From Mytilus edulis (lineage: Eukaryota), in assembly GCF_963676685.1 (NCBI RefSeq), contig NC_092350.1, positions 3,968,001-4,032,000 on the forward strand: a DNA stretch of 64,000 bases, in the 5' to 3' direction. The notes beneath the pieces are model-generated. The model did not search any database. It was not told where the DNA came from and saw nothing but the letters and a program-made list of their open reading frames with translations. The translations under genes were made by a program, and so were the position numbers. Below, piece by piece: positions 49,091 through 62,100 of this stretch (positions are counted from its first letter, which is position 1; each line of letters starts with the position of its first letter).

Positions 49091-52000
49091 TCATATTTCT
49101 TGTTAAAAAAAACAGCATATTTTGTAATTTGTTATTTTTTGGCTTCTATTGTGACAAGAATATAGAAAGGCCGTGATTGTGAGTTTTTTTACTGAATTTT
49201 ATGATTATAAGAATACTAAAATTTAAAATATTGAAAATAATAGGCTAAAATTTTCAATAACTGATCCCTTCATTTCGTTTTCTGGAGTATTTTTGGAAAA
49301 TAATAAAATCAAAATCGCGATATAGATACCATTTAAGAACTCGCCGGGTTTGAAAATATAATAATGAAAAAGACCATTCTTTAATGATGATATTTTAATG
49401 TAGATTTTATCTGTACATTTCTTTTCATTTCAATTCATAAAACTTTGCTAAATAATTAATAAAAAATTTATTAGTTGTACTTGAACGTTCGTATTTCACG
49501 GGTCGCCATTTTAATTAGATTAAACGAAACTAAGATTCCGTAATTTGTATTAGTTTATCATGTGACGTATTAAAGTTCAATCCGTCAGTAAGGTCAATCG
49601 GTACTATCAGTCCGATCAGTCAATTACTTTTACTATAAGTCTGACGGATTGATGACGTGAGTTTTACGCGAACTTGACTGATAGGTGACTGATCGATGAC
49701 CGCTGATTGAACGCTAAAACAGTAACGCCTAAGGTTGCAAGTACTGTATGTCGGTTTGTGTTGTTCACGCATTGTTGTCAATATAATGGAATTTGATGCG
49801 ACTGTCATACAAGTGATAGGTTAAGCTAGCTATAAAACAATGCTCAATTCAACATTTTTTACACTTTTACCGACGGTACAAGGGCTGTATAGGCAGGCAA
49901 TGTCGTTAAAACCTTCCATCTGTTGTATTGTGTACACCAGAAAATGCTTGTACCAAGTCAGGAATATGACCGTTGTTATCCATTTGTTTGGTGTGTTTGA
50001 GCTTTTGATTTTGCCATTTGATTAGGGATTTTCCGTAGTTCAATATTTTTGTGATTTTACATTTTACATTCTGCAAATATTGATAATAATTGACGTAATA
50101 AACTGGAAAGAAAAAAGAAAAAAATGCAACTTATATGAAGAAATGCTTACAGGTTTATTGTGTGAATAATTAGTTTATAAACCTTTAGATTTAATAATGA
50201 ACCTTTGTACCATGAGAAATAAACTAATGGTTTCTTCATTTGAAATCATATTAGAGCCATTTAATAGTTATTCGGTGTCTCTTGGTATCGTTAATTCTAG
50301 GATGCCGAAGGATATTATCATGTTTTCTCTTATGTCAGAATATAATGAACAAACTGTTAAAAAAATGTTTATTGGAAAGAAGTGACAGTTTAAAGAAGTA
50401 CTATTCATTCTTAGTCATGCGTGACGAATTTGACCTTTTCGGCATCCATCAAAAATGTATAAATAAACTAAATCATATGATTCTTAAATACAGATAGATA
50501 TTTACAATTTCTTACATTTAATGGTAAATAACTTACGAATTTGATGGTGTTACCCTTAGAACAAAAAAGGATACATACTATCATTGTTTTCGGGCACGAC
50601 TGTTATAAATATCAATTGCGATTTGAAAACATACGAATATTGTGTTATATACACGTCATTCGAACTATTAGTACTTGCATTGACTTATAGGATAATTAAA
50701 CGCGATATATATTTCCCGAGTACTAGTAATTCACATCAATAACAGTATTTAAAAAAGACTTCGATTGTATCATATACACTTCCTGCTAGAAATATGGTTG
50801 GGATGTTGAGATACCGATTAATGCTAAATAAATAGACATAATTGTTAAATTATCAAAAGAGGGAATAATAAAATTAAAATAAAATAAATGATTTATAGTT
50901 ATAGAAGAAACAACTACTAGTAAATAAAATGAAGAAAAAAACAAAAGAAAAACCAAACGTGAAATGAAACTGATAATTCATCATTGTTCATGCGTGGTTT
51001 AATATATAAAAAGGAGGAGTAGTATAAATGCTATACCTGAACTTCTTATCAGTTAATCTTTTTTGAAAAAAATGCATACGGTTTCAAATATATGAATTTT
51101 GCAATATGAAATTCATCCTAAATTTCCCCCAGTCGGTAAATCCGGTGTTAACAGTTATTCAATGTACATAACAAAATGAACTATACAGTGTGACACAGCA
51201 ACTAAATGAACATAGGGACGTTGAAAGTGAAATCTTCCCTTTTTATTAACCGATATGTGTATCATGTTTCGCTCGTATGAATAAAAAGAATAAAAGATCT
51301 GATATATTACCTTTGTGCTTAAGCTTTTGATCTTTCCATTTTATAAACTTGGGACTTTCCGTTTCGAATTTCCCTTGGAGATCTGGTATTTTTGTAATTT
51401 CATCTTTTAATACAAAACTGTTTGCCTATGTCAGCAAAAATTGCCAAAAAATCATAAAACGTATTTTTTTATTCCTCCTAATACATAGCTCTTTAATACG
51501 CAGAGAAGGGCAACAGTAGTATACCATTAAATGACGAAAACAACACAAATTCTGAGCGGGAAATAAATCAAAACGGCATCATACATAAAAACAGATAGTA
51601 CTAAGTTCCCTATTGGAGAAAAGTAAACTCATCGAAACCCCAATCACCACTCCAGGTCAACTATGATCATGAACCAGCTCAATCATTTGTTTTAAAAAAT
51701 CAAAATGACATGTTGTAGATTTAATGCGTCACAAGCGCTTTTTTCGATTTATATTTATCCGGGACGCTGAAAGCCTGTAAACCTTTTCACAAAAAATCTG
51801 AAGTGTAAAATTAATCTTACGAATAAAATAATTTGTTGAAATGTTAAGGAATATTTATGACTTACGATACATTTATACTTAAGATTGGGTGAAAATGGCT
51901 ACTGGTATTTGAAACCCAAGGATTTATCAAAGTAGTTAAAATTTGTATGATTTAGTACCCGACGTTTCAATATTTCATTTTAAATAAATGATCTTACTTG

Positions 52001-55000
52001 GCAAGTAAGGGTCTGTTTCAACGGAATCGTGTAACATTCTGTTCATTAACCTGTTAAATAAATAAAACAAAAGATGTAAATTAAGTTTCAGTCTAGTTAC
52101 GGATAAGACATTGGTGTATAATATTGTGTATAAAATTATTATTCAGAAATATTCATCAGATTCATGGTATGAAAAAAAACATTAATTTCAACAAAGATGA
52201 GTATAAGTATCACACATAACAAACTATAATACCAAAGATAAATATTTGCTCAATCGATTTGCAACATTTATGACCATGTTTAGTAGATCTTAAGCTTTAA
52301 ATTCAGTAATGAACCAGATTAACTAAATTTACAAACTAATACTATACACAGTAAAGAAGGAATAATGTGATATAGAAATGTTACCAATTATCACAATTGA
52401 TATCATGTGGAAATGATATATGCGATTTGTGTTATGTCATGCATGACGACATTTCTTTTTTCATTCATGTGGTGTTCTTCCTTATTTCTTTACCATTCTT
52501 TTGAAGAATCTTAAATAACTCTGAAAAGGTGACACAATCTTTATGTCCGTAACACATTAACAATAGAGGGTGGTGACAAGTTCAGGTATCGAATATTAGG
52601 TATCAAATATCAGGAAGTTGACAGTCAAATATTTGCATAGGTAAACTTTCAATATCAGATTTTGTAATTGTACCTTTCACTTTTCAATGTAAATCTTTAA
52701 TTACTAAAAATATCATAAACCTGTTTGTAAAGAAATTAAAAACTTGATAAAGAGAAAAGTTTAATCAGAAACTGTAGTTAACAACTCCGATGACGTTGTT
52801 AGTTCCTTTCAGTTTTTTTTTATTTTTAAATATTTCCTTAGTATCTTAAGTCTCATGTTTCTATTCAATCATCACAATTTTCTTTCTGTTGAAAGCTTCT
52901 ACTTATTTATAAACGATTTACAAATAAACAAAAAGCAAAAAGGAAATTGTTTTGTATAACTTTTATAAAGAAAAAGGGTTTCGATAAGAAAGTTTGGGTC
53001 TCACATTATACATTGTAACTGTTTTTCGTGTCTGCGACTTTTGTTAGAAAAAATCCTTTGTATCCGTTTTTACTTATAAATGGACTTTTTTTTCATAACA
53101 TTCATTCTATGGTTTAATTTCATAAAATTTTAACAACTTTCTGAAACTATCCTGGATGTGTACCAGAAGCTAGTTTGTCAACATCACAAAGTATCCAGAA
53201 GTAAATTTTATAAAATAAAAATCCTGTTTATCACTTTTTGTCGAGCAGGTGACTTTTGTCGAAAAAACGAGACATAGTTACCTTACATTTCGTTGTCGAC
53301 AACGGCGGCCACAAATATCACTTTTTGAAATTTTAATTTTTTTTTCCAAATTATCCTGGATTTGCACCAACCTTGGACAAAACATTATTCATGATCATAA
53401 GATAGTATCTATAATTAATTATTGTAAAGAAAGATTCTGTTTATTCATTTTACCCCTTAAAAATGAAGGTAGTTTTTCTAACAGTTAACATAACATTCAC
53501 CCTATGCTTAAAATTTAAAAAAATGTTGATAAATTTCTTTAAAAGAGGGACGAAAGATACCAAAAGGACATCAAACTCATAAATCTAAAACAACTATCTT
53601 GGATTTGCAAAACACTTTGACATCAGCTTGTTTATGTTCTTACATTTATTTGTATTGTTGTCCTGTCATGTAATATTGTCATTTTAGTGTTATCTTTAAC
53701 ATTGCAATAACAGCGAGAAGTCTGGCTAGCTACAAAACCGGGCTCAACCCACCTTTGTTTTCTTGAAATACCATGTACCAAGTCAGAAAAATGGCAATTG
53801 TTATCTTACAGTTCTTTTCTGTGTGTGTTGCATTGTCGTTTGGTGTTTTGGTCCAGTTAAGTGTTTTTGTTGATTTGTTGTTTTCCCCTGATATTTGATG
53901 TATTTCCCTCATTTTTAGTTTGTAATCAGGATTTGTTTTCTCTCTATCATTTATGACTTTCGAACAGCGGTATACTACTGTTGGGTTTATGCTTATAAGA
54001 TAGTATCCAGAAATTGTTTTTCACTTATAAAGACATAGTTTTCGAGATTTCTTGAAACTTTTTATTGATTAACATTTGTAAAAACAACTCTTAATCGTTG
54101 TCATATTGTATAGCGCTTAATTTGAATTTGCCATACTCATGTCTGATTTTTTTCTCTCTCTTATGTGACCTTCATAATAGGATAAAAAGTAAAATCACAT
54201 GTATCACTGTTTTTGTACTGACATGCGAAACACAACAGTTGCCACATGCACCCAAACCACATATCCTTAATACCTGAGAGTCATATATATATATACAATA
54301 ATGACTTTTTTGGTCTTGATTTCTTGATACATTATTAGCAAAAATATCAAGCGAGCCAACAAGGGATTCCGAGCTGATGAAATGATTTAGTTAGACTCTT
54401 CTTTTACGTCTAATACATGTCATAATGGTTGTTTTTTTGGTGTTAGAATAGAGACGAGTGTATTTCATTGATAAATTGAGGCGGATAGACAAGATTGTTT
54501 TACAGTTGTCATTTCTGGGATTGTTTATAGCTGACAATGCAGCATAGTCTTTGTTTATTGTTGAAGACCGTACAGTGATCTGAAGTTGTTAATTTCTGTG
54601 TCATTTGGTCTCCTGTGAAAGTTGCCTCATTGACAGTCATACCGCAAATCCTTTTTTTTTCTATAAGATCGCATTTACGAGTATCAAACCCTGTTCACAT
54701 TTTTAAAAAAAGTAAGTAATATCAATGGGAAAATGTACAAATTGCCGATAAAAAGAACTGTTGAAACAAAAAATACTAAAGGAAAACTATTCGAGCTTTC
54801 ATGAAAATAGGCATCACTTTCTCAAACAAAATACTGGACGTGTAATCATAACTGAACAACTACTTAAACTGCATCTATGTATGCAATGAAAATTAAGTTT
54901 TAAACTTGACAAGCGCATTCTTCAAGAACTCAGAATATGCAGTATTAAACTGATCATGAGCCGCACAACATGAGGAGAAGTACATGAATACCAGAATACA

Positions 55001-55351
55001 GGTGATTATCGCTGGTTCTGAGGTCTGATTCATGTTCCTCAGTTTAACGTTCTCTATGTTATGATCTGTGTATGGTTATTTTCAGTTTGTTTCCGATTTA
55101 CGAGTTCAAATTATCTACGGTTTTTTTCGCCTTATTTAGAGAATAGGGGAACCATGTAAACGAGTTAAAATAAGGAAGTTCTATAACTTGAACTTTAAAT
55201 TTAGGCGAATGAATAGCTGAACCTTAATGAATATTGATTTAACTACATTCATTTATTGAACTGTATTTGTTGGATATAAAATGCGAGTTGTAACAACGAT
55301 AATAATAATTAACAAGAACAGTTTAACTGTCTCTGATATTAAGAGAAAAAT

Positions 55352-57849
55352 ATGACGAGATTCATAGTTTATTCAGTAATGTGTATTTTTATTCAGTGTG
55401 CTGAATTACCAAGAGTATTTCAATGCGATATACAATACGATTTTATTAAGAAAGTCACGATAGCTTATTGTAATAACAGTGGACTGACGACTATACCTCA
55501 AAATATACCGAGTCATATCAACGTATTAGATCTGAGTTCAAATGATTTAAGTAAAATTGACACAAATGCTTTTGGGAATTTTTCAGATCTTCAAGTACTC
55601 AACTTGACAAATAATAAACTGAATTCTTTATCAAACAAAACTTTTCAAGGATTAGGCAAACTTTCTGTGCTGAACATGTCTCACAATATGCTTGATTTAT
55701 CTCAGGATTATTCAGCAGAGTTATTTCTTCCAATTCAAAATTTAACGGCATTGGATATAAGTTATAATATGAATCAACCAGATAATGGTACAGGTTATAA
55801 TTATCCCGATCATGCAATTAGTGTTCTGAGAGAGTTGTCTTTCCTAGCAATTGACATGATGCCCTTGTCTCAATTCGGAAGTGGATTCAGTCGATTAAAT
55901 AATCTGAAAGAATTACATTTTCAATCTTGTTATCTAAAACGTCTAGAGAATAAAACGTTCCAGAGATTTTCCTCCTCTGTAGAAGTTCTTACTCTCAGAA
56001 ATTGTTTGTTATACTTTGTGACTACTGAAATTGATGCTTTGCTTCCGTTTCCAAATCTTCGTGTTATAGATTTTTTTGGAACATTTATGCATTTGAAGCC
56101 AGCATTGCAACTTTTGAACCCATACCGTTACGCAAACATAACGACAATAAATTTTGGTCGTGTAAGTTACCCAATGAGAGATTTCATTGACCTCCCTTTC
56201 TCTTTAACAATTACATCCGATATAATCAAGCATCTGAAAACAATATGCGTAGAAAATCTAGATTTATCAGAGAATGGAATAGTTGATTACGAACTTGGAT
56301 CTTTGTTCTCTTTTGATCACCCAAAATGTTTACGTCATCTTTCATTCAAAGGAAACAGGTTTGTTCTTTATAACTTGGAAAAGCGTGATGAGATTAATTT
56401 GTTTTTCAAAAAAGCTATACGATTGAAATATTTAGATTATTCATTTAACGCTGTTAATTATAATATGAAGAAGAAATCAGTAACTCCAAACATGAGTTTA
56501 TTAAGTGCTGATGCAAGTTACGTGTTTTTACCAACATCACTGGAAAAATTAGACATTAGTTATACAGTGATAAACACCGTACCTGCAGTATGGTTGATAG
56601 TTCCTGAAAATAACAACCTTATATTTCTAGATATATCTTATTCAAATACAACATTGTTCATATCTATTCCTAATATTCAACTGACAACTTATATTTCTGC
56701 CGGAACGAGGTACGATTTTGCTTGGCATGAATTAAAAAAATTTCAAAATAGCAGTTTGAAAAATATTGTTCTGAAAAACGCGCACATAAATAATGGGATA
56801 AGAAAGTACGGTGATCGGTTTTTCAAAGATCTCGCATCTGTGGTGTCATTAGATATATCTCAAAATGACATTTGGTATTTAACAGATGAGCTGTTAAAGC
56901 CAATGACGAATTTGACATAGCTGTACTTAAGCCAAAACCTTCTTCCCTCTGTTCCGATACAATTAATTGGTCATTCTTATATAAACATACTTGATGTTAG
57001 ACACATCTACTCACACGTGTAAGTTCTGATATTATACATTGGGCAGATCGGATGCAAGAACTTCATGGAATGACATTACATCTCGTTGGTAATGCATTTG
57101 AATGCAACTGTGAAACTATTGACTTCATAAGGTGGATTGAAACAACCAAGGTGAATCTTGACAGCCGATCATATATATGTAAGTTATCTAATGGAACAGT
57201 TATTGATACACTTATTGCGTACAATTCTTTATATGACTTGTTTGCGGACTGTAAGAGTACAATGTGGTTAACTTTGGCGTCATCACTATTATCTACATTT
57301 GTCACGGTATCTCTGCTGCTTGTGGTATATGGTAAGAGATGGCACATTTTATTCTCTATCTATGAAATAATTCGCCGTACAGTGGAACGTGAAGTCAGGA
57401 AGAGTTAACAATATGATGTTTATGTGTCATATGAAGGAGAGGTTGTTGTTTGGATTAAAGATGTGTTAATACCAAACCTTGTGGATGAGTGGGGACTGAC
57501 AATGTGCATAAAAGATCGAGATTTCTTAAGTGGCACGAGTCTAGCAGATACCGAGGCAGAGAGTATTGAAAGCAGCAGGTCCATTATATTTCTCATCACG
57601 CCTGAATTTAAGTTATCCCATGATTGCTTATTTGAACTCGACAGAGCAAAATATGAGAAGATAACAAAAAATCTTCAGCGAATTATTCTCATCACAAAAG
57701 ATATAACAATAACTGATATTCCAGTTCAGTTTTCCTACATTTGGAGTTATGCTTATCTTATTCAATGGCCTAATGATCCTAGAGATTTGGATGATATATG
57801 GCGGCAGTTAGAGATTCTGCTCACAGATGGATTTGTTTCTAACCAATAA
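55352..57849 (+). pseudogene. TLR: Toll-like receptor TLR-D with three lesions; the first 522 codons (signal peptide + LRRs) remain open
   Basis: TAG at 56918-56920 (NLT*LYLSQN), an apparent 1-bp frameshift near 57001-57006, and TAA at 57406-57408 (RKS*QYDVYVSY). Downstream ORFs encode LRRCT/TM and TIR (RDFLSG). Confidence 0.9.
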
Positions 57850-57895
57850 ACAACTATATAAAAATTATAAATGCAGTGCTCATGGAATAAATTTG

Positions 57896-58282
57896 AATAG
57901 ACAACTTTCGATTCGATGCATTTCCATCAAAAACTTTAGTTTTAGTGAACGTCACGTGTGCGTTTAGGGGCATCGTCACTTCCGTTCCAATGTTGAGCGA
58001 GTGTTTGGAAAACTATAAAGCTATATTGCATGAACTATTCGGCAAATTAAATTCTCATAATTGACAATCCACTCAGCACCGCTGTCATTAGGGAATTGTA
58101 ATTGAGTACCTACTGAACAAACTTTATTTGTTATCTTGCACAATGGCGATCACTAAGACGCTTGGTGAACGTTAATAGTGCAGGGATACAGTCGATACCC
58201 TCTATCCGGTAAATGACGTCACAAAGGCGCGCATAATTGACGAGTCTTTTTCGGTGACGGATGAACTCGAAAGTGGTCTATT
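57896..58282. mobile_element. MITE with ~16-bp TIRs, 47 bp downstream of the TLR-D stop codon
   Basis: AATAGACAACTTTCGA ... TCGAAAGTGGTCTATT (15/16 match). Confidence 0.72.
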
Positions 58283-58889
58283 GCATTACAATGGTTTTCT
58301 TCGTTTTTTTGTTGGGTTTCATGTTGCTCAGTCTCTAGTTTTCCATGTTGTGTTTTGTGTACCCCTGTTTGTCTGCTTGTATTTTTTTCCTTGCGTTTTT
58401 ACCTTTATTGTGACTTGTTATTAAGTTACTTACACTTCTCTTTTGCTGTGCAGTAAACAATCGTCGATTTGATTATAAAATTTAGGGTGTTTGCTTTGTA
58501 ATTTCATGTATAATGTATTTTATTTGACTTAGAAAAAATACATTAGGGCAACATTCGTCGTTTTGAATATTTGATTTTTTTCAATTTCTGATAGAAGGGT
58601 TAAAAGTGCTCAAAGAATTCGATATTTTAGTCCGGTCAAAATTCGTCAAAGTTAACATAGTGTTTTAACTAGAAATTCAACTTTGCTTCGTTATCATGCT
58701 TATGGCATACCAAATAGAACATACATGTACGTAATATGTGTCGTTTAGGTATATGGTGAGGTAACAAGGAAATTATCAATAACTACTTTCTCTATTGTAC
58801 CACTATGTAATATGATAAAGAAAACACTTTTGTTTGGGGGCTTTGCCTAAAAGTACAACATATTTGTCATTGGGGATGAACAGGTGTTT

Positions 58890-59162
58890 AGCAGTATTTG
58901 GGTCTTTGTAGATAGAAGTGGTATTACTATTTGGGTCTTTGTAGATAGAAGTATCATTACTATTTGGGTCTTTGTAGATAGAAGTAGCATTATTATGTGG
59001 GTTTTTATAGATAGAAGTATCATTAATACTTGGGTCTCTGTGGATAAAAGTAGCATTACTCTTTGGGTATTTGTAGATAGAAGTAGCATTACTATTTGGG
59101 TCTTTATTGATAGAAGTAGCATTACTATTTTGGTATGTGTAGATAGAAGTAGCATTACTATT
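58890..59162. repeat. 33-bp minisatellite, about 8 copies
   Basis: TAGCATTACTATTTGGGTCTTTGTAGATAGAAG units; these produce the 11-aa periodic ORFs on both strands. Confidence 0.93.
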
Positions 59163-62100
59163 TTAAGATCTAAGTAGCTGTCAATTGAAATATACTATTC
59201 ACACAATATTTTCTTCAATCGAATATATAGACTGTAAAAAAAATCTCTGAATATTGTATGCTTGACATGTTAAACGCCTGGCACGCGTTTCATCTACAAA
59301 TTAATCATAAGTGACGATCAAATCAAAAACGTTTCAAAGCCAAATAAAGTGTCTTGTAGCAATAAAACAGTAACACACCATTTGAATATAAATCTGTTCG
59401 TTTTGATCTTCTTTTTATGTAATTTCACAAGTTTGCAAATACTAGAAGATGGATAGTGAATCATTCAATTATAACAGACATTTTATGGTATTGTTGTTAT
59501 CTGTTTTAAATCGATGTCTCATTGTAAATATTTATCACATCTCCTGTAAGTTATTAATTGATAAAATGGTTTACAGGAAAAAAAATATACAATAATACAA
59601 TAAACACAATAATAAATACACAATACAACTCAAAAGTAATGAAAAGACTTGAGAGAAAAAAAGCCAGTTATACAAATTCGATGAGATGGATTGTGTAAAC
59701 AAACTTCCTAGTCAAACCCAGTAATAATACGCAAACGTAACAATGTTGCTGGTATTTTGTCAAATACGTACTATCGAACTACCTGTTGGAGAAAAGATGA
59801 TCATTTAAAATATAACCCTGACTGAGCAATTTCATAGAAGATAATGTGCTTACATTTGACGTATAGTCATTTACATTCACACATAAATGGGAAATCGTCG
59901 CACATCAACACATCGGTTCCGCTTTCAACCTAAAAACTATACAAAGATGTTAATGCCATGACAACACATTTCGTATTCACCATAGATTATGGCTTCGAAC
60001 ATACACGAAGAGGTATTGATTTTGAAAAGAACACCCTCTGCAATACAATTAGTAATATATTGATTCAGAAAAATAATTATATTGAATATCCATTAATTTG
60101 ACAACCATAGATTTGATATGGTATTTCGGCTCTCGACAACATAGATGTAAATACAATTTGGAGTTATGGCGCTTTTTTCATTTTGTAATTTGTAGTTGCT
60201 TACAATATGCAACAAACTATTCAATTAAAGTTTTTTACAAAAGATAACAGTAGTTTCATTTGGAGGAAAAGACTACATGAAATGAGATTTTAGAACACAG
60301 AGAAAAAAATATATCTGTATTTTTGATTTTCTTTCACTAGTGTTTAGTTATTACTCTAGTCCTTTAAATTTTCCAGCTTTGAAAATATACCCAAGCTCTC
60401 TCGTGTAATTATGAATACTATATTAATTATGTATGTGTTATAGCTTAAACGTAAATAATAGTTCAAAAGACAAAAGTCCCTAAGCAAATAGCTATATCAA
60501 AAGCTCAAACACATCAAACGAATGTTGAAAGGAGAAAAAGATGACAAGAGACACATATTCATGAATATAAGATAATAGCTTTTAGTAAGTTTATTTTCTA
60601 CTGCCCTGTTAATAAAAATAGTAAATTGCTGAAATAGTGAAAATTTAGGTTATGGATGTAAAAAAAACCGAGATACTTGGAGGGTATTCTTTGTGTGATG
60701 ATCATGTTTTTCTTTTTAAAATCAAGCAAAGGTTCTGTATGCATACTATTTCGAAAATACTTGAACCATACAGTACCCATATAAATGGCTTTAAAAAAAA
60801 CTGCGACATTATCAATGGTTTGCTTTTTTTTTTATTAAAAACTGAAGGTGGTAAAATTTAAAAATTTAAAACTTTTTGAAATGCATTGTATATATTGATA
60901 ACGCAGGACACTACAATACTTTCCTTGTCCACTTTTGGATAATTACTTCCGTGTTATCTTACAAAACCAGCATTGTGATTTAGTCGTATTAATAGTTAAC
61001 ACATATCTTTGTTTTATTCAATCTTTAACAGTCCTATAACCATACTAATCTAATCGTAGTGCGCTTTTGTACTTTTCCTCTTTGATAACAAATTATCAGA
61101 CCAAACAACAGATAAACGAATTGTAATTATCTTTGTGACACAATTTAAACATGTATTTGATAATAAAAAAATAACTATAATAATTATAGTTCTATTTATT
61201 TCTAGATATATGTATCTATTATTTATGACATTTACCCAATAGTTATGTACACAAACTTCGATTATTGAATTATAACTAACTGACTTGAATATTTAAACTT
61301 TTCGAGTTCAAATTAAATAGCTGCAGTGCTACAAACTTAAATTAGCAATCGATGTATTTTCAAGGGTAAACAACAGCATAGCAGTCAGCATTTTTATGTT
61401 GACATAGATTTGTGATTTGTCATATTTTTTAAATATTGAATTGTATGAAACACAAAGGATGTTGTAGCCTTACCCTTTTTTGTACATCTTTTTAGGAATC
61501 GGTCGGGTTTTGAAGGCTCTTTTATTTATTGACATCCCAACTGTATTGATCCAATTGTCATTGATAATTTTTATGTAGTCAAAAAGATAGCCTGTCCAAT
61601 TCTATAATATGAATCAAATAATAAATTTGAAGACAAATTAAGGTAAGCAGTTTTTTATCGTTGGATTAGATACGTCAATTAAAAATAATCAAATGAGGAA
61701 TAACTTCAATTGAGACACTGGCCATCCGAGGTTCAGATGACACGGTTGAAATCTCAGCAAAAGGTCACCGTACAGCCTGAAAACATTAACTAAACACATA
61801 ACGTACAATCAGCTGTTATGTAAAAACATTCTAACTAGAAATTAACAAGCTTTTAACAAAAACAGCAGGAACAGAATGGATACAACAAATTCTTAATCAC
61901 ATATTATGAAACAAGTAGATAAGATATACAATCAGGATCTCGACTGATAAACAGGTAATTGACATATTTACATATTTATATATTTGCAGCGTTATCGTTT
62001 CTTGAACTTTCACGGACTATCGCATCACCTTTGAGATCGATATATTTTTAGGTAATCCGTACTAATTAACTAAGTATTTTTTCTTAAATTAGATATATAA

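Larger units (their letters stand above)
43189..49746. mobile_element. 6.56-kb non-autonomous TIR transposon (Tc1/mariner-like ends) carrying a satellite array and a nested LINE
   Basis: TA-CAGTACTTGCAATCTTAGGCGTTACTGTTT (43189-43218) ... AAACAGTAACGCCTAAGGTTGCAAGTACTG-TA (49717-49746), 29/30 match; subterminal gactgatcg repeats at both ends. Confidence 0.88.

Noticed and set aside
51721-51775. Possible third hammerhead family on the minus strand (similar traces near 59274-59320 and 62822)
   Set aside because: Core nucleotides are too degenerate to support a ribozyme call
58847-59177. Repetitive hydrophobic ORFs on both strands; CRISPR-like periodicity
   Set aside because: Simple 33-bp minisatellite with no unique spacers and no cas genes; eukaryotic context
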